Shown here piece by piece: positions 12,903-22,400 of a stretch of 64,000 nucleotides of DNA; the first letter of the stretch is position 1; every line of letters starts with the position of its first letter. The stretch comes from Planctomycetota bacterium (GTDB taxonomy: Bacteria; Planctomycetota; MHYJ01; WSZJ01): positions 70,369 to 134,368 of the forward strand of contig JACPRD010000197.1 of assembly GCA_016190145.1 (NCBI GenBank). Direction: 5' to 3'. The position numbers and the translations under genes are program-made. The notes below the pieces were generated by a model, which did no database searches, was not told the DNA's origin, and saw only the letters and a list, made by a program, of their open reading frames with translations.

Positions 12903-13050
12903 AGGGTTTCGGACGGGGGATTGTTCCCCGGGTTTTCCCGTCCTGAGCGGGTCCGCAGATTGGACGCCCGGCGGCGGCTCCGGAGCCCGGAAATCCGGCG
13001 AAAATAGCGCTTGGACTCCGGCGGCTTCCGGGGTACAAGAAGTCCCGACC

Positions 13051-13123
13051 GCCCCCATCGTCTAGCGGCCTAGGATACGAGATTCTCAGTCTTGGGACCG
13101 GGGTTCAAATCCCCGTGGGGGTA
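13051..13123 (+). tRNA. tRNA-Glu: tRNA-Glu (anticodon CTC)
   Basis: Hand-folded cloverleaf: acceptor GCCCCCA/TGGGGGT, D arm GTC-TAGCGGCCTAG-GAT, anticodon stem CGAGA/TCTTG with loop TTCTCAG, T arm CGGGG-TTCAAAT-CCCCG, discriminator A. No CCA is encoded. Confidence 0.9.
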
Positions 13124-13129
13124 TTGAGG

Positions 13130-13158
13130 GGGGGCAGCTTCCGCTGCCCCCTTTTTTT
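13130..13158 (+). terminator. rho-independent terminator after the tRNA
   Basis: GGGGGCAGC-TTCC-GCTGCCCCC followed by TTTTTTT. Confidence 0.85.
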
Positions 13159-13267
13159 GTCCGGCCGCCGGCCGAATCGGACCCGCCACGTCCGATGGCC
13201 TTGCCCGGGAGGTCGAACCCGGCGAGAATAGTTCCCCCCCCTTCCGCCGTTCCCGGGACACCTGAAG

Positions 13268-14323
13268 ATGAGAGCCTTGACGAAGCCCGGTCCGCTCCTG
13301 ATCGCCGCTTTCCTCGCGGCGGCTGCGGCGGGCTGCGGCAGGGACGGCGACCCGGTTCCGATCGAGGAGAAGCGCGTCCTGGCGCAGCCGCGGCCCGAGC
13401 AGACGGTGGCGGCGGACACGATGAAGCGGATGGGGGCCCAGCCCGACGCGGGGCGAGGGGCCGGCGCCGCCGCGCCGCAACTGGCCTGGGACGTCCCGGA
13501 GGGATGGGCCGAACTGGCCCCGACGCAGTTGCGCGCCGCGAACTTCAGCGTGCCCGCCATGCCCGGGCTGGAGTGTTACGTGACCGTGCTGCCCGGCGGC
13601 GGCGGCGGACTCGCCGCGAACCTCAACCGCTGGCGCAAGCAGATGGGTCTCGGGCCGCTTGCGGACGCCGAGCTCGCGGCGCTGCCGCGCGTGAAGCTGC
13701 TCGGCGCCGACGCCCATTTTCTCGCGATGGACGGGACATACACCGGCGGAAACGTCGAGGGCGGCCTCCCCGGATACACCATGGCCGCCGTCGCGCTGGA
13801 CCGGCCGGGCGCGGCGGTCTTCGTGAAGATGATCGGGCCGACCGCGGCGGTGCGCGCCGAGATCGACCGATTCAAGTCTTTCTGCGCCTCGCTCCGGGAG
13901 AAGAATGCGGAGCCGCCGCCCGGCGACGGCGAATTGAAATGGAAGGCTCCCGAGGGATGGACGCAGGGCCCCGCGAAGTCGATGCGCCTGGTGACCTTCG
14001 TGCCGGCGGGCACGACGGGAGTCGAGTGCTACGTGACCGTGCTCGCAGGGACCGGCGGCGGGCTCGAATCAAACGTCAACCGCTGGCGCAGCCAGCTCAA
14101 GCTCGAACCTCTCTCCGCCGCGGAGATCGCCGCGCTTCCCACGGTGCCCGTGCTCGGCCACTCCGCGCCGCTCGTCGAAATCTACGGCGCCGAGTCCGGA
14201 CTCCTCGGCCTCGTGTGCGAACTCGGCCCGCAGACCGTCTTCGTCAAGATGACCGGCCCCACGCCGTCGCTCCGCGACGAACGCGAACGCTTCGTCGCCT
14301 TCTGCCGGTCGCTCTCCGACTGA
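13268..14323 (+). CDS. lipoprotein with an internally duplicated ~130-aa domain, directly upstream of ccsB
   Basis: 351 aa with a lipobox (LAAAAAGC). Two repeats share the pattern W-x-x-PEGW...ECYVTVL-G-GGGL-x-N-x-NRWR-x-Q...PL...E-x-AALP...VFVKM-GP...R-x-RF-x-x-FC-x-SL. It ends 7 nt before ccsB. Confidence 0.8.
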   Translation: MRALTKPGPLLIAAFLAAAAAGCGRDGDPVPIEEKRVLAQPRPEQTVAADTMKRMGAQPDAGRGAGAAAPQLAWDVPEGWAELAPTQLRAANFSVPAMPGLECYVTVLPGGGGGLAANLNRWRKQMGLGPLADAELAALPRVKLLGADAHFLAMDGTYTGGNVEGGLPGYTMAAVALDRPGAAVFVKMIGPTAAVRAEIDRFKSFCASLREKNAEPPPGDGELKWKAPEGWTQGPAKSMRLVTFVPAGTTGVECYVTVLAGTGGGLESNVNRWRSQLKLEPLSAAEIAALPTVPVLGHSAPLVEIYGAESGLLGLVCELGPQTVFVKMTGPTPSLRDERERFVAFCRSLSD

Positions 14324-14330
14324 TCCCCCC

Positions 14331-15485
14331 ATGCGCCGCTTCCTCGAAAAATCCTTCGCGTTCCTCGCTTCCTTCGGGCTGGCGATCACGGTTCTTTCGT
14401 TCCTCCTCGTCCTCACCGTGGTCGGGACCGTCGAGCAGACGCGCACCAGCCTCTACGAGGTCCAGCGCCGCTACTTCGAGTCGGCGTTCGTGGTCCACGA
14501 CCTCGGCGGCATCCCCGTCCCGCTTCCCGGCGTCTACCTTCTCCTCGTCGTGCTCGCGATCAACCTGGTCTGCGGTGGAATCGTGCGGATCCGGAAGAGC
14601 CGCTCGACGGCGGGGATCATCGTGGCGCACGCGGGAATCCTCTTCCTGCTCTCGGGCTCGCTGATCGAATACCAGTGGTCGCAGAAGGGGCACACGACGC
14701 TGGCCGAGGGGACGGAGACGGGGGAGTTCCAGAGCTATTTCGAGTGGGAGATCGCGATCGCCGAGGCGCGCAGTTCGGGGCGCGTGGAGGAGCACGTGAT
14801 TCCCGGAGCGCAGTTCATGGGCCTGCGGGAGGGCGAGAAGGCGCGGTTCGTTTCGCCCGCGATTCCGTTCGAGCTGGCGGTCAATCGCGTGTTCGCCAAC
14901 TGCGAGCCGCGGGCGGCGCGGGCGGCGGGGGCGGGAAGCGTGGACGGAGTGGCGCTGGAGGAGCTTCCGCCCGGCAAGGAAGCGGAGTCCGACGTGGCGG
15001 GGGCGTACGTGACGGTGCGTCCGAAGTCGGGGGGCGCGCCGGTGGAGGGGCTGCTCTGGGGGCTGGAGCGGTATCCGATGTCGGTGGTGGTGGAGGGCCG
15101 GCGGTGGACGATCGGGCTGTCGCACCGGCGCTGGCAGCTTCCATTCTCGATCCATCTCGACGATTTCCGGCAGCAGCTGCATCCGGGGACCGGCATGGCG
15201 AAGGCGTTCGAGAGCGACGTCACGAAGACGCGCGACGGGGTACGGCAGAAGGTGAAGATCAGCATGAACGAGCCGCTGCGCGAGAGCGGGTACACGCTTT
15301 ACCAGTCGTCGTTCATCAAGCCGTCGCAGGGCGGCGGGCGGTGGTGGTCGACGTTTTCGGTCGTGAAGAATCCGGCCGACCGGGTGCCGCTCTGGGCGTG
15401 CGTCGTGATCACGGCGGGCCTGCTCCTCCATTTTGCGCAGCAGTTGATCCGCCACGTGCGGGCGCAGACGGAGAAGCGCGCATGA
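14331..15485 (+). CDS. ccsB: cytochrome c biogenesis protein ResB/CcsB (System II)
   Basis: 384 aa with N-terminal TM helices and the C-terminal region FESDVTK...ISMNEPLRESGYTLYQSSF, typical of ResB. It is coupled to ccsA by an ATGA overlap. Confidence 0.85.
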   Translation: MRRFLEKSFAFLASFGLAITVLSFLLVLTVVGTVEQTRTSLYEVQRRYFESAFVVHDLGGIPVPLPGVYLLLVVLAINLVCGGIVRIRKSRSTAGIIVAHAGILFLLSGSLIEYQWSQKGHTTLAEGTETGEFQSYFEWEIAIAEARSSGRVEEHVIPGAQFMGLREGEKARFVSPAIPFELAVNRVFANCEPRAARAAGAGSVDGVALEELPPGKEAESDVAGAYVTVRPKSGGAPVEGLLWGLERYPMSVVVEGRRWTIGLSHRRWQLPFSIHLDDFRQQLHPGTGMAKAFESDVTKTRDGVRQKVKISMNEPLRESGYTLYQSSFIKPSQGGGRWWSTFSVVKNPADRVPLWACVVITAGLLLHFAQQLIRHVRAQTEKRA

Positions 15486-17485
15486 GCCGGAATGCCAGGG
15501 CGGAAGGGCGGGAGGGCGGTAGGGCGGGAGGGTGGCGGGCGATCCTCCTGGTTCTCGCGCTGGCGGCGCCGGCTTTCGCGGAAGAGAGCCGCCCCGCGGA
15601 GTCGCACGCGCGCTGGAACCGGGAGACGGTGGACCTGTTTGCGCGGCTGCCGGTGCAGGAGGGCGGGCGCGTAAAGCCGCTCTCGACCTTCGCGAGCTTC
15701 ACGCTTCTCGCTTTGAACGGCCGCCGCGGCTGCACGACGCCGGAGGGCGTCCGGCTCGAGCCCACGGAGTGGCTGATGGACTGCCTGTTCTGGCCGGAGC
15801 ACGCGAGCCTGTACTCGTGCTTCCTCGTCCAGGACACGCAGGCGCTCGACGATCTCGGGCTCGCGCACGAGGGCAAGTCGCGCCGGGACCGATACTCCTA
15901 CACCGATCTCCTGCCCGCCCGAGGGAAGCTGTTCGAGCTCGCCTCGCAGTACGACCGGATCGAGGCGAAGCTGCGCAATTCCGTGCAGGGCCAGGTCGTG
16001 AACCTCGCGCACAACGTGATGCAGTTCGAGAGCATCACCTCGTCGTTCTACGTCCTGCGCTCGACGCCGGCGGGCGCGGACTGCGCCGCGATCGCGCGCG
16101 TTTTCGGAAAGGACGCGCGCCCGTCTTTCTCGGGGATCCTGGCCCGCGCCGCGGAGTTGCGGCCGTACCTCGGGATGGCCGACGATCCCCACGGTTCGGG
16201 CGCCTCGGGCGACCCCGTGCTCCGCGGCTGGGCCGAGGAGGTCGCGGGCAGCCCCGGCGGCCTGGCCTTGTTCCCGCCTCCGCCCGGCGCCGCGGCAGAC
16301 GCCGAATGGCTCACGCCCGGAGGCGTCGCCGCAGAGGCCCTCTTCGGCGGCGCCGACATGAAGCAGCCCGTCGAAACCCTCGCGGAGTTCGAACTGCTGT
16401 TCCGGCTGCGCGGCGACGCGACCGCCTTCGGCGCGCGCGCCGAGTCCTTCCGCGATCGGGTCGTGGCGGCCGCCAGGGCCCGCGGCGAGTACGACAAGAT
16501 CCCGCTCGAAGTCGCCTTCTACCGCGGCCAGTTCTTCTACTACGCCCAGGTCGTCTTCGTGTTCGCCTTCCTCATCGCCGCCTTCGGCTGGATCAAGCCC
16601 ACGAAACTCGTCCCGCGCCTGACCACCGGTACCGTCGCTCTCGGCACCCTCCTGCTCGTCGCGGGCATCACGATGCGCTGCATCATCCGCGGCCGCCCCC
16701 CCGTCTCCACCCTCTACGAGTCCATCCTCTTCATCACGGCCGTCTCCGTCATCGCCTCCATGGTCGCCGAATGGATCAACCGCCAGGGCATCGCCCTCAC
16801 CCTCTCGACCATTCTCGGCGCGGGCGGAATGTTTCTCGCCAACCGGTACGAGATGCAGGAAGCCGTCGACACCATGCCCTCGCTCGTCGCCGTCCTCGAC
16901 ACGAACTTCTGGCTCGCCTCCCACGTCACGACCGTGACCATCGGCTACGGCGCCGGCCTCCTGGCAGGCGCGATCGGACACGTCACGATCCTCGGCCGCA
17001 TCTTCGGCCTCAAACGCAACGAGCCGTCCTTCTACCGGACCCTCGCCTCCATGACCTACGGCATGCTCTGCTTCGGCCTCCTCTTCTCCGTCGTCGGCAC
17101 CGTCCTCGGCGGCATCTGGGCCAACGACTCCTGGGGCCGTTTCTGGGGCTGGGATCCGAAGGAAAACGGCGCGCTCGCCATCGTGCTGTGGGAGCTGATC
17201 GTGCTGCATGCGCGGAAGGGCGGGTACATCCGCGACCACGGCATCGCGATGTGTTCGGTTTTCGGCGCGGCCGTCGTGGCCTCCTCGTGGTGGGGCGTCA
17301 ACCTCCTCGGCGTCGGCCTGCACAGCTACGGTTTCACGAGCGGGATCCTGCTCACGCTGATAGGGTACTACGTGTTCGAGGCGCTGGTGCTCGTGGCGGG
17401 AGGCGTGGCGTGGTATCTGAAGCGTGGCGCCGGAGACAGCGCCGTCGCGGCGCGGATGCTCCCGGGGCCTGAAAAAGTGGGTTAA
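15482..17485 (+). CDS. ccsA: cytochrome c assembly protein CcsA/ResC with a long N-terminal periplasmic extension
   Basis: Start at MSRNARAEG inside ORF 14675..17485. WWD motif WGRFWGWDPKENGALAIVLWE. Multiple TM helices. Confidence 0.9.
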   Translation: MSRNARAEGREGGRAGGWRAILLVLALAAPAFAEESRPAESHARWNRETVDLFARLPVQEGGRVKPLSTFASFTLLALNGRRGCTTPEGVRLEPTEWLMDCLFWPEHASLYSCFLVQDTQALDDLGLAHEGKSRRDRYSYTDLLPARGKLFELASQYDRIEAKLRNSVQGQVVNLAHNVMQFESITSSFYVLRSTPAGADCAAIARVFGKDARPSFSGILARAAELRPYLGMADDPHGSGASGDPVLRGWAEEVAGSPGGLALFPPPPGAAADAEWLTPGGVAAEALFGGADMKQPVETLAEFELLFRLRGDATAFGARAESFRDRVVAAARARGEYDKIPLEVAFYRGQFFYYAQVVFVFAFLIAAFGWIKPTKLVPRLTTGTVALGTLLLVAGITMRCIIRGRPPVSTLYESILFITAVSVIASMVAEWINRQGIALTLSTILGAGGMFLANRYEMQEAVDTMPSLVAVLDTNFWLASHVTTVTIGYGAGLLAGAIGHVTILGRIFGLKRNEPSFYRTLASMTYGMLCFGLLFSVVGTVLGGIWANDSWGRFWGWDPKENGALAIVLWELIVLHARKGGYIRDHGIAMCSVFGAAVVASSWWGVNLLGVGLHSYGFTSGILLTLIGYYVFEALVLVAGGVAWYLKRGAGDSAVAARMLPGPEKVG

Positions 17486-17512
17486 ATTCACCCGAATTGT
17501 GGGTTAAATTCA
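17477..17512 (+). repeat. 14-bp direct repeat GTGGGTTAAATTCA x2, 22 bp apart
   Basis: gtgggttaaattca-cccgaatt-gtgggttaaattca. The first copy contains the ccsA stop codon. The patch is locally AT-rich. Confidence 0.8.
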
Positions 17513-17524
17513 TCCAAATAATGG

Positions 17525-18811
17525 TTGAATGTGTCCCAGCTTCCGGGTTCCAATGCCTTCGTGATCCGCCGCAACCTTGCGCCCCTCATCATGGAATCCC
17601 TCGCGGATTCACCCGTCGTTCTTCTGAGGGGACCGCGGCAATCCGGAAAGACCACGCTGGTCCGCAGCCTCCTGAGCGGAGAGCACGACGCCCACTATCT
17701 GACCTTTGACGACGCCGGACCCCTCGCGGCCGCGACGGCGGATCCGGATGGATTCGTGGACGCCTTGCCGGAACGCGTCGTCCTCGACGAGATCCAGCGC
17801 GCGCCCGGGTTGTTCCGGGCACTCAAGCGAAGCGTCGACCGCCGGCGAACTCCGGGGAGGTTTCTCCTGACGGGATCCGCCAACGCGCTCGTCCTTCCGC
17901 GCGTCTCGGAATCTCTTGCCGGACGAATGGAAACCCTCACCCTGTGGCCGTTTTCACAGGGCGAACTCGAGGGCGTTGTCGAAGGTTTCGTGGACGCCTG
18001 TTTCGCAAAGACGTTTCCCGCCGGGCGGTTTCCCGGCAGCGAATGGCCGTCGCTGGTCGCGCGGATCGTGCGGGGCGGCTTTCCAGAGGCCGTGCGCCGC
18101 GCGGGCGCCGCCCGCCGGAGAGCCTGGTTCGAGGGCTACGTCACGACCCTTCTCGAGCGCGACGTGCGCGACCTGACGCAGATTCACGCGCTTCGGGAAC
18201 TTCCCCGGCTGCTCAGACTGGTCGCCTCCCGCACCTCGGGACTCCTGAACCTCGCCGACCTGGCGCGCGACGCGGCGCTCCCGCTGACGACGCTTCAGCG
18301 GCACTGGGCCCTGCTCGAAGCCGTCTTCTTCGTCCGGACAATTCCTTCCTGGAGCGGCGGACACACGGCCCGGCTTGTAAAGGCTCCCAAGGTCCTCATC
18401 TGCGACACGGGCCTCCTCTGCGCCCTCCTCGATCTCGACGCCCCCCGGCTGGAGAGGGACGATCTCATGGCGGGAGCTGCGCTGGAGTCCTTCGTCGCCT
18501 TGGAACTGATCCGCCAGAGCGCCTGGAGCCGCACACGGCCCGCCCTTCTGCACTACCGGACGCACAAACAGCAGGAAGTGGATTTCGTGCTCGAAGACGG
18601 CGCCGGGAGGATTGTCGGCATCGAGGTGAAGAAGACCGCCTCCCCGGGCTCTCACGACTTTCGCGGCCTTCGGAATCTGGCGGAGGCGACCGGGAAGAAG
18701 TTCGTCCGGGGAGTATTGTTTCATACGGGCGAAACCGTCGTGGGGTTCGGCTCGAATCTCCATGCCGTTCCTGTGGGCGCGCTGTGGAGCGTGGCCGCGG
18801 CATCGCGGTAG
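17525..18811 (+). CDS. AAA-type ATPase with DUF4143 domain
   Basis: Walker A LLRGPRQSGKTTLV, plus the C-terminal restriction-endonuclease-like tail (EVDFVLEDGAGRIVGIEVK) typical of the DUF4143 family. The true start may be GTG at about 17561 (VIRRNLAPL...). Confidence 0.8.
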   Translation: MNVSQLPGSNAFVIRRNLAPLIMESLADSPVVLLRGPRQSGKTTLVRSLLSGEHDAHYLTFDDAGPLAAATADPDGFVDALPERVVLDEIQRAPGLFRALKRSVDRRRTPGRFLLTGSANALVLPRVSESLAGRMETLTLWPFSQGELEGVVEGFVDACFAKTFPAGRFPGSEWPSLVARIVRGGFPEAVRRAGAARRRAWFEGYVTTLLERDVRDLTQIHALRELPRLLRLVASRTSGLLNLADLARDAALPLTTLQRHWALLEAVFFVRTIPSWSGGHTARLVKAPKVLICDTGLLCALLDLDAPRLERDDLMAGAALESFVALELIRQSAWSRTRPALLHYRTHKQQEVDFVLEDGAGRIVGIEVKKTASPGSHDFRGLRNLAEATGKKFVRGVLFHTGETVVGFGSNLHAVPVGALWSVAAASR

Positions 18812-18846
18812 GGCCGGGGTCTGGAGAAATGGATCTCCCGAGGTCT

Positions 18847-18895
18847 CACCCAACGCCGAACTCCGAACTCCGAACGCCGAACTCCGAACCCGACC
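18847..18895 (+). repeat. heptanucleotide tandem array (CGCCGAA/CTCCGAA type, ~7 units)
   Basis: cacccaa cgccgaa ctccgaa ctccgaa cgccgaa ctccgaa cccgacc, in the gap between two convergent genes. Confidence 0.85.
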
Positions 18896-18900
18896 GCGCG

Positions 18901-19350
18901 TCATGCGCGCGGAGAATCTCCCCGTATGATCACGAGCGGCTCTCTGCCAAATCTCCGTCTCAACGCGTTCGCCGCCTTCAGCACCCCCGGCATCCCGACG
19001 ACCCACCGCTCCACCCGGCGCTTCCCCGGCCCGTCGATCAGCATGAGCCCGACCAGCATCGTGAGGAGGCCCTGCCCCGGGACGCCGGGGATCGACATGA
19101 GGAGGCCCAGGGCGATGATGCCGGCGCCGAGGAGATTCTTGAGGATGTGGAGGCCGATGCGCACCCACCGGGGGCCGGGAAGCCGCGGCGGCTTCGCGCC
19201 CGCGAAATAGTCGGCCGGCGCGCGGACGAGCAGAAAGCCTGCGACGGCGAGGCTGGCCAGGAGCGTTCCGAAGAACAGGCCGATGAAGAGGCCGAGTTCG
19301 CCGCCGGAGGGGGTGAAGCGTTCGACGAGGGTCTGCCGCGCATCGCTCAT
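18901..19350 (-). CDS. small membrane protein (PGPGW-like motif)
   Basis: Start chosen at MSDARQ. It has 3-4 TM helices and IPGVPGQGLLTMLVGLMLIDGPG. The family assignment is tentative. Confidence 0.6.
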   Translation of the reverse strand: MSDARQTLVERFTPSGGELGLFIGLFFGTLLASLAVAGFLLVRAPADYFAGAKPPRLPGPRWVRIGLHILKNLLGAGIIALGLLMSIPGVPGQGLLTMLVGLMLIDGPGKRRVERWVVGMPGVLKAANALRRRFGREPLVIIRGDSPRA

Positions 19351-19390
19351 GCGCCTGCATTTTCTCACCCCGCTTCCTTCCGTGTCGCGT

Positions 19391-19402
19391 TAGATTCGAC
19401 CC
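19391..19402 (+). promoter_or_regulatory. -10-like TAGATT, 6 nt upstream of the addB GTG (shared motif TAGAYTCGAC)
   Basis: gcgTTAGATTCGACccGTG. The same 12-mer, GTTAGATTCGAC, sits upstream of fabG. Confidence 0.4.
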
Positions 19403-22400
19403 GTGCTCTCGGTTCTCACCGGATCGTTCCGCTACCTCGAAGACGAGCTCGTGCGGCGCCTGCGGGCGCGGCCGCCGCTCGAGCCGGCGTGCGTCGTGGT
19501 TCCGGGCGGCCAGGTCGCGGGGCAGCTCCGCCGCGCGCTCGCCGCGGCGGGAGGCGTCGCGGCGGCGCGCGTCTGCAATTTCCACGCGCTCGCGAAGACG
19601 CTCCTCGAGGACGCGGGCGTGCCGGTGAAGCCGGTGGTCGAGGAGGCGGGGGAGGAGGAGATCTTCCGGGCGTTCCTGCGCGAGCCGGGGTCGCCGGAGC
19701 GGTACCGGCGGCTGGCGGACCGGCCGGGGGCGTCCGCCGTGCTCGCGACGGTGCGGGACCTGCGGGCGGCGACGCTGACGCCGCCGCTGCTCGCCGAGGT
19801 GAAGGAGGAGCTTCCGGAAGACGCGCAGCGGCTGGCGGAACTCGGCAAGCTGCTCGAGCTGTACCGCGACTTTCTCTTCAAGGCCGGCTTCACCACGCGC
19901 GCCGCGGTCTCGGCCGCGGCGGCCGAGGTCGCCGAGCGCGCGCCCCTCGTCCGCGCCACGCCGACCTGGGCCGTCTACGGCTTCTACGAATTCCTCGGCG
20001 AGCAGATGGACCTCCTGCACGCGCTCGCCCGCGCGGCCGACATCACCGTTTTCCTCCCCTGGCGCGACGCGCCCGCCTGGAAATACGTCGACCGCACCCT
20101 GAACGAAGACCTGGGCGCCGCCCAGGCGCGCAAGGGCGGGGTGGAAGAGCTTCCCGGAGACGCCGTGCTCGTGCAGGCGCTCAAGACGCGCCCGCCGCGC
20201 GCGCGCGGCCCGGGCGTCTCGAAGCTGCCCAGCGTGGCGTTCGCGGTCCGGGCGACGACGTTCGTGACGAGGCTCTTCGACCCGGGGACGGGAATCAAGA
20301 AGGGCGACCCGCCCGTCAAAATCGTTTCCGCGGCAGGCCGGGCCGACGAGATGTGGTACGCGGTCAAGAAGGCGCGCGACCTCCACGAAAGCGAGGGAAT
20401 CGCCTGGCACGACATCGCCATCCTCGCGCGCACGCTCGACGGCCGCCTCGGCCTCGCCGAGCGCTACTTCCGCGAGGAATGCGTTCCCTGGGCGACCACC
20501 GCCGCCCGCCCCCTCTTCGAGCGCCCGCTCGCCCAGGCCGCTTCGCTCGCCGCCCGCCTCTTCCTCGAGAGCGCCTACCACGCGGACGTCCTCGAGTGGT
20601 TCGCGTCGCCGCTCGTGAAGGAGTCCGCGCAGCCCGAGGCGTGGGGCGAGGCGGCGCGCGCGCTCGGCATCGTGTCGGGGGACGACTGGAGGCGGCTCGA
20701 CGGGGCGCGCGGCGCGGACCTGCTCGACGGGGAGGGGGAACCCGTCGTCGGAGCCGCGACGGTGGACGCGTTCGCGGAGGCGGTGGCCGGGCTGCGGGGC
20801 GATCTCGCGGGCGCCGGCCGGAGCCGCGGCTGGCACGCGGCGGCGGAAGCGTGGGAGGGCTTTCTCGCCTCCCGGCTGGACACCGAAGCGGATCCAGCCG
20901 CCTGGCTCGCCGTCCGCGCCGTCCTTCGCGGCCTCTCCGCCCTCGAAGGCGCCGCCGCGCCCCCCGGCCCCGAGGCGTTCGCGGGCGCGTTCGCCCGCGC
21001 GCTCGCCGCCGCGCGCATCCCCGCCCAGCCGCGCCCCGCCGACGGCGTCGCCTTCCTCGATCTCATGGCCGCCCGCGGCCGCCGCTTCCGCGCCGCCATC
21101 CTCCTCGGCCTGAACGAAAAAGAGTGGCCCCGCATCCCGCGCGAGGACCCTCACTTCCCCGACGCGTCCCGCGCGCGCGTCGCCGCGACGACCGGCGTCA
21201 AGCTCCTCCAGAAAATGGACGCCATCGCGGAAGAGCGGCTGCTGTTCGCCCTCGCGATCGACGCCGCCGATCGGGTGATTCTCGTCCACCGCCGCGTGGA
21301 CGACGAGGGCCGGAAGGAGGCCCCCTCCGCCTATCTCGACGAGGTCCGCCGCGTCGCGCCCCCCGACAAGCCCGTCACCGTGCCGCGCCTGCCGGTCCGG
21401 AAGTACGAGATCTGGGAAGGGCGCTTGACGCCGGTCGAGAAGCGGCTCCACGCGATCCTGACCGGCGCGAAGGACCCCGACCCCGCGGTCGTCAAGGCGC
21501 GCGACCTCGAACTTTACGGGCGCTGGACGGAATTCGACGTCCTGCCGGAAGGGCCCGCGGCGCACCTCGCGGCGCGGAGCCGGAAGGGGTTTTCGCCGAC
21601 GGCGCTCGAAACGCTCGCGACCTGCCCCTTCAAGTACTGGGCCACCCGAGTTGCCGGCCTCCGCATCCTCGATCCGCTCGAGGCGGAGGAGGATACCGCG
21701 GCGCGCGAGGTGGGGGCGATCCTCCACGAGGCGCTCGCGCGCGAGGCGGAAGGCGATCCAGCGGCGATCGCGAGGGAGATTTTCCGCGAGCGCGCGGAAA
21801 AACGGCCGCCGCTCCGCTGGGCGGTCTGGGAAGCGGCGCGCGACGAAGGGATCGCGGCGCTCGAGGCGCTCGTCGCGCAGGATCGCGCGGAGCTGAAGGC
21901 CGGCGGCTGGACCGTTCGGGCGCGCGAACTCGAGCTGCCGCGCACGGACGGCCCGGATCCTCTTCCCGGCCTCCACGGCCGCGTGGACCGCATCGAGACG
22001 CGCGACGCGGGCGGCGCGACGGAATTCCGCGTGACGGACTTCAAGTACATCGCGGGGAAGCGGCCGCGCTACGGCGACGCGAAGCCGGCGACGGTCGAGG
22101 GGCGCGTGCTCAAGGAAGCCGCCCGCGGCCTGCGCCTGCAGTTGCTCGTCTACGCCCGGCTCGCCGCCGCGAAGATCGGACCGGAGGCGAAGTTCGCGGG
22201 GTCGTCCTACTATTTCTTCGGCCCCCGCATCGATCCCGTCCGCCAGGGACTCCTCGAGGACGACGGCGCCGAGGCCCTCGCGGCCCTCGCCCCCCGGGTG
22301 TGGAACGTCGCTTCGCACGGCCATTTCGTGATCGTCGAGGACGACCGGGTCTGCTCCTGGTGCGACGCCCGCTCCATCTGCCGCCGCGGCCACCACGCGA

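Noticed and set aside
10717-12946. Long alternative-frame ORFs over the repeat gene (10717..11988+, 11327..12946+, 11120..12820-, 11283..12032-, 12075..12608+)
   Set aside because: They are generated by the 36-bp repeat and high GC. Only the 10975..12888 frame has TM helices, coiled-coil composition and operon context.
15299-17491. 730-aa minus-strand ORF and other frames over ccsA (15532..17472+, 14244..15455-)
   Set aside because: They are shadow ORFs. The ccsA frame carries the WWD motif and TM helices, and the ccsB frame carries ResB features.
17954-22396. 1480-aa minus-strand ORF antisense to addB
   Set aside because: Its composition is low-complexity and Arg/Gly/Glu/Pro-biased with no motifs, and it is fully overlapped by the well-supported addB and DUF4143 genes. 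It is a shadow ORF.
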